64,000 nt of DNA, taken from NCBI GenBank assembly GCA_964631085.1, contig CAZVWA010000001.1, positions 2,482-66,481 on the forward strand, in the 5' to 3' direction. This stretch comes from an uncultured Rubrivirga sp. GTDB lineage: Bacteria; Actinomycetota; Actinomycetes; S36-B12. Of this stretch, positions 10,464 through 18,930 are shown in pieces. Both the position numbers and the translations under genes were made by a program. Each line of letters begins with the position of its first letter. Within the stretch, counting starts at the first letter, position 1. The notes under the pieces were generated by a model, which was given only the letters and a program-made list of their open reading frames with translations, searched no databases and was not told where the DNA came from.

Positions 10464-11278
10464 GCGTCATAGACGAACCGCGAACAGGGGATTCGTCTGC
10501 GCCCGACGATCTGGGGAGACCGAAGAAGCGCCGACGACTGTTTCGCCGCAACCGCAACAGCCAGGTAGCCGATCGATGGCTGGCCAGGGTGCAACGGCAA
10601 CGACGATGGCGAGTTGTTGTGATCATGGCCGTACTGGCGCTCGTGGGATGTGCTGTGTGGGCGGTGTGGTTCTCCTCTTTGCTTTCGGTCCAACGGGTGT
10701 CCGTCATCGGGCTGAGCACCGAGGGAGAACTCGTTGGTGGGCAAGAGGTGAGGTCGGCAGCATCCATAGCGCTTGGTACGCCGATCGCGCAGCTGGATAC
10801 GAACGCGGCCCAGGGGCGTATCGCGCAATTGCCGTGGGTGGATACCGTCGAGGTTCGCCGTGCGTGGCCCAACGACATCGTCATTGCCGTATCCGAACGG
10901 ATTCCCATCGCGGTCCTGGAAGACGAAGACGTCAAACGCGGTATCGATGCGCGAGGTAACGTCTTCGATCCTCCCGGTGGGTTGTGGCTGACCGATCCAG
11001 TGATCAGAGGCCAGGAAGATTCGATCGTCGAGGCAGTGGACGTTGTGTCTTCACTTCCCGATGACCTATTGCGACGTGTCCGCGTCATCCAAGCCGTGAG
11101 CGTCGACGACATTCGCCTCGAACTCGGCAATGAATCGATTGTCCGCTGGGGTAACGCAGACGAAGCCGAGTTCAAAGCCGAGGTACTACGTTCCCTGTTG
11201 CCTCGGCGAGCGGCGTCCTACGACGTCAGCGCCCCCTCATTGCCTGCGACGTTCGGCGAAAAAGGCCCCAAAAAATAA
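10460..11278 (+). CDS. ftsQ: Cell division protein FtsQ (POTRA domain)
   Basis: Basic cytoplasmic N-terminus, a single TM helix (VVVIMAVLALVGCAVWAVWF) and a periplasmic POTRA-like region. Located between murC and ftsZ, with a GTGA overlap with murC. Confidence 0.8.
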   Translation: MSVIDEPRTGDSSAPDDLGRPKKRRRLFRRNRNSQVADRWLARVQRQRRWRVVVIMAVLALVGCAVWAVWFSSLLSVQRVSVIGLSTEGELVGGQEVRSAASIALGTPIAQLDTNAAQGRIAQLPWVDTVEVRRAWPNDIVIAVSERIPIAVLEDEDVKRGIDARGNVFDPPGGLWLTDPVIRGQEDSIVEAVDVVSSLPDDLLRRVRVIQAVSVDDIRLELGNESIVRWGNADEAEFKAEVLRSLLPRRAASYDVSAPSLPATFGEKGPKK

Positions 11279-11453
11279 GAATTTTCGAAACTTCGGCATT
11301 TTCGTCTTGCGCCACAGGGGTAACAACCCCTACCCTCCCGCCGGCTCAGGGCCGGGCGATGTTTCAGCCTGAAGTAAAGGTTGAGACTTTGGCCTCGGGC
11401 CGTACGAGTCGGTGCGCCCCCTCGCACCGGCGTGGAGGAAAGGACGGGCAGCT

Positions 11454-12536
11454 GTGGCGGCTCCCCAGAACTACTTGGCAGTAATCAAGGTTGTTGGCAT
11501 CGGTGGCGGTGGCGTCAACGCGGTGAACCGCATGATCGAGGTCGGCTTGAAGGGCGTCGAATTCATCGCGATCAACACCGACGCTCAGGCTCTGTTGATG
11601 AGCGACGCGGACGTGAAGCTGGATATCGGCCGGGAATTGACCCGGGGTTTGGGAGCAGGAGCGAACCCCGAGGTGGGTCGCAAGGCTGCGGAGGACCACA
11701 TCGAGGAGATCGAGGAAGTGCTGCAAGGTGCTGACATGGTCTTCGTCACGGCCGGCGAAGGTGGTGGCACAGGTACCGGAGGCGCACCCATCGTCGCGCA
11801 GGTCGCCCGCTCCCTGGGAGCGCTGACAATCGGTGTCGTCACTCGGCCGTTCGGCTTCGAGGGCCGCCGCCGTCAGGTGCAGGCCGACCAGGGCGTCGAG
11901 GACCTCCGCGCTGAAGTCGACACCTTGATCGTCATTCCAAACGATCGCCTGCTGTCACTAGCCGACCGAGAGATCAGCGTCATCGACGCCTTCCGCCAGG
12001 CCGACCACGTGCTGCTGCAGGGCGTGTCGGGAATCACCGACCTGATCACCACGCCGGGACTTATCAACCTGGACTTCGCAGACGTCAAGAGCGTGATGCA
12101 TGCGGCGGGTTCGGCACTGATGGGGATCGGATCGGCGCGTGGCGAAGATCGAGCGATGCAGGCTGCGGAGAAGGCCATCTCCAGCCCGCTTTTGGAGGCG
12201 GGTATCGACGGTGCGCACGGAGTGCTGTTGTCGGTGTCCGGAGGAAGCGATCTGGGGCTGTTCGAGATCAACGAGGCCGCACGGTTGGTGAGCGACGCTG
12301 CTCATCCGGAGGCCAACATCATCTTCGGTGCCGTGATCGACGACACCCTCGGTGACGAGGTACGTGTCACGGTTATCGCCGCGGGATTCGAAGGTGGCGA
12401 GCCGCCGGTTCGCAAGGTGACGGCACCCGCACAGGCAAGCGACGCGACGGGCGACATCCCGACGGTGTCGCAGCCACGCGCAGCGGTATTCGCCGATTCC
12501 GACGACGACTTGGACGTTCCCGACTTCCTGAGGTAG
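11454..12536 (+). CDS. ftsZ: Cell division GTPase FtsZ
   Basis: Tubulin signature [11 protein letters not shown]-terminus [15 protein letters not shown] and C-terminal [11 protein letters not shown] peptide. GTG at 11454 is preceded by GGAGGAAAGG. The ORF-track start at 11412 was rejected. Confidence 0.97.
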   Translation: MAAPQNYLAVIKVVGIGGGGVNAVNRMIEVGLKGVEFIAINTDAQALLMSDADVKLDIGRELTRGLGAGANPEVGRKAAEDHIEEIEEVLQGADMVFVTAGEGGGTGTGGAPIVAQVARSLGALTIGVVTRPFGFEGRRRQVQADQGVEDLRAEVDTLIVIPNDRLLSLADREISVIDAFRQADHVLLQGVSGITDLITTPGLINLDFADVKSVMHAAGSALMGIGSARGEDRAMQAAEKAISSPLLEAGIDGAHGVLLSVSGGSDLGLFEINEAARLVSDAAHPEANIIFGAVIDDTLGDEVRVTVIAAGFEGGEPPVRKVTAPAQASDATGDIPTVSQPRAAVFADSDDDLDVPDFLR

Positions 12537-12538
12537 GC

Positions 12539-13441
12539 GTGGTGGCGGACCAGAGTGTCGGTAGGGGCTTCCCTGACCTACGGACGCTGGGTCGCACCTG
12601 GGGGTCCGTCGAGGACTCGCAGGACCACGCGTGTGGCTCGCGGTACGCGATAACTCGTGCCGATGGGGGACGCAGCGTTGGCGCGTTCGCTCGAGGCAAT
12701 CTCGCAGACCACGTCGACGACGATCCGGCCGCGGTGGAACACAACCGAGGTCAACTCGCCGTAGCGCTCGGTGCCTATCGCGGATTGGCGTTCGTCCGAG
12801 CGGTGCATGGTCGAGACGTCGCCTGGGCCGAATCCGCGGGGACTTATCGCGATGTCGACGCGCTGATAACCGATACCCCCGGACTCGGCCTCGTCGCGCT
12901 TGGAGCTGATTGCGCGGTTGTCGGCTTGCATGGCCATCGCGATGACGGCAGCCCCTTGGTCGCCGTAGCTCACTGTGGTTGGAGGGGACTCGTGGAAGAC
13001 GTGATCGCGTCCGTGGTGGATGAGATGCGAATTGCCGGTGGTCGCGATCTTCAGGCAGTACTGGGTCCGGCCATCTGTGGCGGGTGCTATCGCGTCGATT
13101 TCCAACGATTTTCCCGCGTCCTCTCCGCTGTATCTCCGAGGGTTGCTGGGGTGGCCTTGCGGGAAGGTGATGAGACAGATGGAACAAGAATCTGGGGAAT
13201 CGATATTCGGCGAGGAACGCGCGAACGCTTGATCGAGCTCGGGGTAGGGGTCGTCGAAGATCCCGAACTCCAGGGCATGGAGTGCACCCTGGAGTCCGAA
13301 TCGTGGTTCAGTTTTCGGCGGGCCTGCGTTGAGGACGGTGCAGGCCGGACCGGCCGGCACGGCCTGGCCGCTGTTGCTGATCGTGTTCCCGGCGACGATG
13401 ACAACTTGGATGCACGAGCGGATGCAGGAGCGGGTGCATGA
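12539..13441 (+). CDS. pgeF: YfiH/PgeF (DUF152) family purine nucleoside phosphorylase / peptidoglycan editing factor
   Basis: HCGWRGL and ICGGCY motifs. Conserved position immediately after ftsZ (ylmD slot). About 30 extra C-terminal residues compared with the family members I recall. Confidence 0.8.
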   Translation: MVADQSVGRGFPDLRTLGRTWGSVEDSQDHACGSRYAITRADGGRSVGAFARGNLADHVDDDPAAVEHNRGQLAVALGAYRGLAFVRAVHGRDVAWAESAGTYRDVDALITDTPGLGLVALGADCAVVGLHGHRDDGSPLVAVAHCGWRGLVEDVIASVVDEMRIAGGRDLQAVLGPAICGGCYRVDFQRFSRVLSAVSPRVAGVALREGDETDGTRIWGIDIRRGTRERLIELGVGVVEDPELQGMECTLESESWFSFRRACVEDGAGRTGRHGLAAVADRVPGDDDNLDARADAGAGA

Positions 13442-14160
13442 CCGACGACAGACGCGATTCGCTGAGCCGAGGTCTGGACTCGATAGTTGCCAGGATCGAG
13501 CGCGCGAAGGTTGCCGCCGGACGTACCGATCCAAACGACCAAGTCCGACTCGTGGTGGTGACGAAGACGTTTCCTGCCAGTGACGTGGAGCTGCTTGCTG
13601 ATGTCGGTGTTCGCGACGTTGGAGAGAACCGCGATCAGGAGGCGCGGGCCAAGCGGGCTGTTCTGCAGGCAACGCCGGTGCGATGGCACATGATCGGTCG
13701 TCTTCAACGAAACAAAGCCTCGTCCGTTGCCCGCTGGGCCGACGTAGTCGAGTCGCTGGACCGTCGAGAGCTGGTGGCCCCCCTCGCGGCGGCCGCCGAA
13801 CGATACGAGCGGGCACCACTGGAAGTGCTGATCCAAGTGAGTCTGGATCCTGACCCCGACCCAGGGCGTGGTGGTGCGGCCCCGGCCGATGTTCCGTTCC
13901 TGGCGGAGGCGGTGGCGGGGGAGCCAGCGCTGAGACTGTGCGGAGTCATGGCAGTGGCCCCGCACCCGGACACTGGAGTCGATCCACGGTCTGCCTTCGC
14001 ACGCCTTCGGGAGATTGCCGAGCGCGTACAGGCGTCATGGCCCGATGCGAAGCAGATGTCCGCGGGCATGAGCCAGGACCTCGAAGCGGGTATCGCAGCG
14101 GGTGCGACACAGGTGCGGGTTGGGGGAGCGATACTCGGGGAACGGACCTACGTGCAGTAG
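13438..14160 (+). CDS. yggS: YggS/YlmE family pyridoxal-phosphate homeostasis protein
   Basis: VVVTKTFP (PLP lysine), VGENRDQE and WHMIGRLQRNK motifs. ATGA overlap with pgeF. Confidence 0.85.
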   Translation: MTDDRRDSLSRGLDSIVARIERAKVAAGRTDPNDQVRLVVVTKTFPASDVELLADVGVRDVGENRDQEARAKRAVLQATPVRWHMIGRLQRNKASSVARWADVVESLDRRELVAPLAAAAERYERAPLEVLIQVSLDPDPDPGRGGAAPADVPFLAEAVAGEPALRLCGVMAVAPHPDTGVDPRSAFARLREIAERVQASWPDAKQMSAGMSQDLEAGIAAGATQVRVGGAILGERTYVQ

Positions 14161-14163
14161 CGT

Positions 14164-14190
14164 CGGAGTATTCGAGAGCCCTCGACTCCG
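14164..14190 (+). terminator. Stem-loop directly after the yggS stop (possible terminator or processing site)
   Basis: CGGAG(tat)TCGAG-agcc-CTCGACTCCG gives about 10 bp of pairing with a 3-nt bulge. There is no U tract. Confidence 0.3.
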
Positions 14191-14235
14191 ATATCGCAGG
14201 GGCGATTACCCGGGACAACATCAAGGAGGTAGGCG

Positions 14236-14823
14236 ATGGCCGGCGCGATGCGCAAGATGGCTGTGTACCTCGGATTGGTGGAGGATTCCTCCTACGACGA
14301 ATACGACGACTACGACGAGTACGAGGAGCCGGCGCGGGAGTCCCGTCGAGACCGAGGATCCCGGCGGGGGTTTCGGGATCGGTACGAGGAAGAGGACGAC
14401 GATGACCGCTACGCCGTGCGGAGTGTGCGACCCATCAATGAGCCTCGAGCGGTCCGGACGATCCGGCCCGACTCCGTTGCGGACCGGCCTGCAGACAGGC
14501 AACCGGTTGCTGCTCCCGGCGGGCGGGGCCCTTCTCTGGGCGACCTCAGCCGCATAGAGACCATTCATCCACGGTCCTACAACGATGCCCGCCGGATAGG
14601 TGAGGAGTTTCGAGCGGGGATACCCGTGATCATGAATCTCGGGGATATGGATGAGATGGACGCAAAGCGCATCATCGATTTCGCCGCCGGACTCGTTTTC
14701 GGGCTTCACGGAACTATCGAACGCATTACGGGCAAAGTCTTCCTGCTCTCTCCGGCGAACGTCGACCTCGGTGATCAGGCGAGAGCGCAAATCGCCGAGG
14801 ATGGGTTCTTCAATCAAAGTTGA
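14236..14823 (+). CDS. sepF: Cell division protein SepF
   Basis: N-terminal MRKMAVYLGLVED helix, acidic/Arg-rich linker and C-terminal SepF core (IPVIMNLGDMD...IIDFAAGLVFGLHGTIERI). AAGGAGG lies 6 nt upstream of the ATG. Confidence 0.88.
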   Translation: MAGAMRKMAVYLGLVEDSSYDEYDDYDEYEEPARESRRDRGSRRGFRDRYEEEDDDDRYAVRSVRPINEPRAVRTIRPDSVADRPADRQPVAAPGGRGPSLGDLSRIETIHPRSYNDARRIGEEFRAGIPVIMNLGDMDEMDAKRIIDFAAGLVFGLHGTIERITGKVFLLSPANVDLGDQARAQIAEDGFFNQS

Positions 14824-14850
14824 CGAGCCCGCATGAGGAGTGTCTAAGCC

Positions 14851-15135
14851 GTGAGCATCATCGGCCAGGTTCTTGGAACCGTCCTATGGCTGTACTGGCT
14901 CGTCCTGATCGCGCGCCTGGTTCTGGACTTCGTCCAGATTTTTGCGAGGTCCTGGCAGCCCCGTGGCCCGCTACTCCTCATAGCTGAGTTCGTGTACACG
15001 ATCACCGACCCGCCGCTGCGGGCGCTTCGTAGGGTCATCCCACCACTGCGGCTCGGAAGCGTCTCCTTGGATTTGGCGTTTCTGGTCCTGATTCTGGGCG
15101 TTCAGTTGCTCATCAACTTCGTTGTCTTGCTCTAG
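14851..15135 (+). CDS. yggT: YggT family small membrane protein
   Basis: 94-aa two-TM protein (LIARLVLDFV...ITDPPLRALRRVIPPL). Conserved slot between sepF and divIVA. Confidence 0.8.
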   Translation: MSIIGQVLGTVLWLYWLVLIARLVLDFVQIFARSWQPRGPLLLIAEFVYTITDPPLRALRRVIPPLRLGSVSLDLAFLVLILGVQLLINFVVLL

Positions 15136-15138
15136 GGT
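15133..15138 (+). promoter_or_regulatory. -10-like hexamer TAGGGT, 7 nt upstream of the divIVA GTG (leaderless-mRNA candidate)
   Basis: Matches TANNNT / TAG(R)(R)T. Its TAG is the yggT stop codon. No Shine-Dalgarno sequence in the 10-nt gap. Confidence 0.4.
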
Positions 15139-15145
15139 CGTAACT

Positions 15146-15652
15146 GTGACTTTGAACGCGCAGGACGTGCGGGACGCGCGTTTTGGAACGACCCGCATTC
15201 GAGCGGGCTACAACATGTCCGAGGTTGATGAGTTCTTGGACCGAATCGAAGCGGCTATAGGGCAGTACGCCGATGATCATCAACGCATGGGTGACGAAGC
15301 CGAGGTTCTCCGGTCGCAAGTCCAGCAACTACAAGGTCGGTTGGCGGCCGTTCAGCAGGAGTTGCAGGAATTGCAGGACTCGCAGAGTAAGGCTGCTCCG
15401 ACGGTTCGCGACACGGTCATAACCCCGATTCCGGATTCGGAAACGACCGCCGAGACCCCGGTGGTCGGGGCTGTCCCGGGGAGTTCACCTGCGATCGACG
15501 TTTCCTCACAGCGAGGAATCGAGCAACTCATCGTGGTTCGTGATCAAGTGCGCGACATGCTCCAACGACAACTGTCGATCGTGGATGATCTCGACATTGA
15601 TCGACCCGGGGAAGACCTAGGAGTTCTTCCGGATGGCGATGTCAATCGGTAG
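15146..15652 (+). CDS. divIVA: DivIVA/Wag31 family polar growth and division protein
   Basis: The N-terminus (V)TLNAQDVRDARFGTTRIRAGYNMSEVDEFLDRIE matches the DivIVA domain, followed by a coiled-coil region (QQLQGRLAAVQQELQELQ). The ORF-track start at 15122 was rejected. Confidence 0.85.
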   Translation: MTLNAQDVRDARFGTTRIRAGYNMSEVDEFLDRIEAAIGQYADDHQRMGDEAEVLRSQVQQLQGRLAAVQQELQELQDSQSKAAPTVRDTVITPIPDSETTAETPVVGAVPGSSPAIDVSSQRGIEQLIVVRDQVRDMLQRQLSIVDDLDIDRPGEDLGVLPDGDVNR

Positions 15653-18600
15653 GTCGGTCTCGACCATCGAGTAGTCCGCCGACGGCTCGCTCCGCACTAC
15701 CGAAGTGGCCAGAACCTCTTCCGCGATGGCGTCTCCGTGCTCGGTGAAAACAGACTCGAAATCTGCATCAGCGGATTCCCACGTTAGGGAAATACGGTCG
15801 GAGATATCGAATCCTTCGGTCTTGCGGGTCTCCTGGATGCTTCTGATCAACTCACGAGCGAATCCGGCGCGACGGAGGTCATCGTCAATGTGGAGGTCTA
15901 TGGCAACCGAGTCTTCGGCGTCGCTCGCAACCGTCCAGCCTTCTCTGGGTGATTCGGTGACGATGACGTCGTCGCTGGAGATGGTTTCTGTCTCACCATC
16001 GACGTCGAGGGAGTATGAGTCCTGGGTGCGTAGAGCCTCGACGAGCGCTGCCGGTTCGAGGGCGGTTATGGCATTCGCAACCAACGGAGTCCTTTTGCCG
16101 AATCGTTTGCCCAACTCGCGAAAGTTGGGTTTGACGACGACGTCGACGAGGCCAATCTCCTCGCCGAGCTGTTCGATTTCTCGAACGTTGAGTTCATCGG
16201 ACACTTCGGCTACTAGCTCCGCTGGCAGCTCCGTCCAGCCCGGGGCGGACACGAGTGCCCGCGATAGCGGTTGGCGTGTTCGTACGCTGCTCGATGCTCG
16301 TGCTGCTCGGCCCAGTTCCACGACGCGCCGTACGAGCGCCATCTGGTCTCGCAGCGCGTCGTCGATGGTTGCATCGCTCGCGGTCGGCCAGGAGGCGAGG
16401 TGTACCGACGTCGGGGCCTCTTCGTCGGTGGGGCGGAACAGGTCCTGCCACACACGTTCTGCAATGAAAGGCGTGTAGGGCGCAAGACACAGGGTGGTAA
16501 TCCGTAGAGCTTCGTGCAAGGTCGCTAGCGCCGCGGGATCTCCGTCCCAAAAGCGTCGCCTCGATCTCCGTACGTACCAGTTCGAGAGATCGTCGATGAA
16601 TTCGGCGAGGATCCGACCCCCGCGCTGTGTATCGAAGTTCTCGAGGGCGTCGTCGACGTCTCGTGCGACTCTGTTCGCCTCCGAGAGCACCCAGCGATCG
16701 ATCAGCGGTCGGTCACTCGGCGAAGGTGCGCTGCCGGATGGCTGCCAGCCTGCGGTGCGGGCGTAGAGAGATTGGAATGACACCGTGTTCCAGTAGGTGA
16801 GCAGTGTGCGCCGGACGACATCGGCTATCGCAGAGTGTCCGACCCGACGAGCCTGCCAGGGAGACCCCGAAGCCAGCATGAACCATCGCACCGCGTCTGC
16901 GCCATGTTCGTCCATCAGCGGGATCGGCTCGAGCACGTTCCCAAGATGCTTACTCATCTTGCGTCCGTCCTCGTCGAGGATGTGCCCCAAGCAGACCACG
17001 TTCTTGTAAGACGACTTGCCGAAAACGAGCGTGCCGACAGCCATGAGCGAGTAGAACCACCCCCGCGTTTGATCGATTGCCTCGCAAATGAAATCTGCGG
17101 GGTACTGCGTGGTGAATTCTTCGGCGTTGCGATGGGGATAACCCAAAGCGGCGAACGGCATGGCCCCCGAGTCGTACCAGCAATCGATGACCTCGGGAAC
17201 GCGTTCGGCTTGCGTTCCGCACGTTGGGCACATGATCTGGACGTCATCGACGAAGGGCCGATGCGGATCGACGTCCTCCACATCTCGTCCAGCCAGAGTC
17301 GAGAGTTCGGCCATGGACCCAACGGCCGTCAAATGCCCTTCCGTGCAACGCCAGATCGGCAGCGGAGTGCCCCAGTAGCGGTTTCGAGACAGAGCCCAGT
17401 CGACGTTGTTCGTAAGCCAGTCGCCGTAGCGGCCCCACTTGATGGTCGGGGGGTACCAGTTGGTGTCCTCGTTCTGTTCGAGCAGGGCATCCTTGACTGC
17501 AGTCGTCTTGATGTACCAGGACGGCTGTGCGTAGTACAACAGCGGCGTGTGGCATCGCCAACAGTGCGGATACGAGTGCTCATACGGATCGCGTCGGAAC
17601 AAAAGGCCACGTTCGGCGAGGTCGGCTGTGAGGATTTCGTCGGCCTTTTTGAAGAACATGCCTCCGACCATCGGTACGTCGTCGGCGAACGCGCCGTCGG
17701 GTCGGACCGGATTCACGACCGGGAGTCCGTAACTGCGGCAGCTGATGAGGTCGTCGGCACCAAAGGCGGGTGCCTGGTGGACCAGTCCGGTTCCGTCGTC
17801 TGTTGTGACGTAATCGGCCAGGATCACATAGTGCGAGTCGGGAATATCCACTAGATCGAAGGGGCGCTGGTACTCGGTGCGCTCGAGGTCCGAGCCTGGG
17901 AACCTGTCGATGATCTCCACGGCTTCTCCCGTGAAGACGTGCTCGATAAGTTCCTCGGCGACCACCAATTCCTCGTTCGCGGCCGTTCGAGCAACAACGT
18001 ACGTAGCGTCTGGTCGAACAGCCACGGCAGTGTTGCTCACCAGGGTCCAGGGAGTGGTGGTCCACACCAACAGTTGGGCCTTGGGGTGCTTGGTGAACAG
18101 TGGGCCGCTGGTGACGGGGAAGCGAACGTAGACCGAAGGATCGACGACTGTTTCATACCCCTGGGCGAGTTCATGGTCGCTGAGGCCGGTTCCGCACCGC
18201 GGGCAGTACGGCGCCACACGGTGGTCTTGCACGAGAAGCCCGGCATCAAAGATCTGCTTCAGAGACCACCACACGCTTTGGACGTAGTCGCGGTCCATCG
18301 TCCAGTAGGCCGAGTCGGTATCCACCCAAAAAGCCATGCGCTTGCTCATCTGGGTGAATTCGTCGACGTGCCGAAGAACGGATTCGCGGCACTTGGCGTT
18401 GAACTCGGCGATGCCGTAGTCCTCAATGTCCTGTTTGCCGCTGAAGCCGAGTTCGCGTTCGACAGCCAGTTCCACCGGCAGCCCGTGACAGTCCCATCCA
18501 GCCTGCCGGGGCACGAAATAGCCCTTCATGGTCCGGTAGCGGGGGAATATGTCCTTGAAGACGCGCGCTTCGACGTGGTGCGCGCCCGGGGTTCCGTTTG

Positions 18601-18748
18601 CGGTTGGGGGACCCTCGTAGAAGGTCCACAGGGGCCGACCTTGCGCCCGGGCGACGGATTGCTCGAAGACCGATTCTCGATCCCAGAGATCGAGAACCTC
18701 GTGCTCCATGGCCGGCAGATCGATCTGCACGGGCACGGCCTTGTACAT
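15617..18748 (-). CDS. ileS: Isoleucine--tRNA ligase (type 2, 1043 aa)
   Basis: Class I synthetase with a KMSKHLGN (KMSKS) motif, an N-terminal PPTANGTPGAHH (HIGH-like) motif and a large CP1 editing insertion. AGGAGG lies 5 nt upstream of the ATG. Confidence 0.96.
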   Translation of the reverse strand: MYKAVPVQIDLPAMEHEVLDLWDRESVFEQSVARAQGRPLWTFYEGPPTANGTPGAHHVEARVFKDIFPRYRTMKGYFVPRQAGWDCHGLPVELAVERELGFSGKQDIEDYGIAEFNAKCRESVLRHVDEFTQMSKRMAFWVDTDSAYWTMDRDYVQSVWWSLKQIFDAGLLVQDHRVAPYCPRCGTGLSDHELAQGYETVVDPSVYVRFPVTSGPLFTKHPKAQLLVWTTTPWTLVSNTAVAVRPDATYVVARTAANEELVVAEELIEHVFTGEAVEIIDRFPGSDLERTEYQRPFDLVDIPDSHYVILADYVTTDDGTGLVHQAPAFGADDLISCRSYGLPVVNPVRPDGAFADDVPMVGGMFFKKADEILTADLAERGLLFRRDPYEHSYPHCWRCHTPLLYYAQPSWYIKTTAVKDALLEQNEDTNWYPPTIKWGRYGDWLTNNVDWALSRNRYWGTPLPIWRCTEGHLTAVGSMAELSTLAGRDVEDVDPHRPFVDDVQIMCPTCGTQAERVPEVIDCWYDSGAMPFAALGYPHRNAEEFTTQYPADFICEAIDQTRGWFYSLMAVGTLVFGKSSYKNVVCLGHILDEDGRKMSKHLGNVLEPIPLMDEHGADAVRWFMLASGSPWQARRVGHSAIADVVRRTLLTYWNTVSFQSLYARTAGWQPSGSAPSPSDRPLIDRWVLSEANRVARDVDDALENFDTQRGGRILAEFIDDLSNWYVRRSRRRFWDGDPAALATLHEALRITTLCLAPYTPFIAERVWQDLFRPTDEEAPTSVHLASWPTASDATIDDALRDQMALVRRVVELGRAARASSSVRTRQPLSRALVSAPGWTELPAELVAEVSDELNVREIEQLGEEIGLVDVVVKPNFRELGKRFGKRTPLVANAITALEPAALVEALRTQDSYSLDVDGETETISSDDVIVTESPREGWTVASDAEDSVAIDLHIDDDLRRAGFARELIRSIQETRKTEGFDISDRISLTWESADADFESVFTEHGDAIAEEVLATSVVRSEPSADYSMVETDLPIDIAIRKNS

Positions 18749-18930
18749 AGCGCCTCCTGTCCGAACGGGCAGGATAGTCGTGAGGGGTCGGCGTGCCGGT
18801 GACCCATGACGCCTCGCCCACCCCTAGCATTCGGGCACGCCTTGGCGGCTAGCCGCTGCCAGGGCCCACGACGGTCCCAGGCGGGAGCTGCGACCGACTC
18901 AGGAAGTAGACGAGGGGATGGCGATGGCAG
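18749..18930 (-). promoter_or_regulatory. Candidate translational T-box-like leader of ileS
   Basis: On the minus strand, CUAGGGGUGGGCGAGGCG resembles the T-box sequence. AGGGG/CCCCU and GGCGU/ACGCC helices flank a 7-nt bulge UGGGCGA (complement of 18783-18825). A UCCUG...CAGGA hairpin covers the AGGAGG Shine-Dalgarno sequence (18753-18774). Caveats: the bulge reads UGGG rather than the UGGU expected for tRNA-Ile, and Stem I and the specifier are not resolved. Confidence 0.45.

Noticed and set aside
11958-13819. Two long minus-strand ORFs (409 aa at 11958-13187 and 413 aa at 12578-13819) opposite ftsZ, pgeF and yggS
   Set aside because: They lie antisense to strongly supported conserved genes and run across gene boundaries. 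Their translations are Arg/Pro/Gly/Ser-rich with no recognisable motif. This is the usual stop-codon-poor antisense frame of GC-rich coding DNA.
16835-17854. 339-aa plus-strand ORF inside ileS
   Set aside because: Antisense to ileS, whose 1043-aa product is fully motif-supported. The ORF has no recognisable domains.
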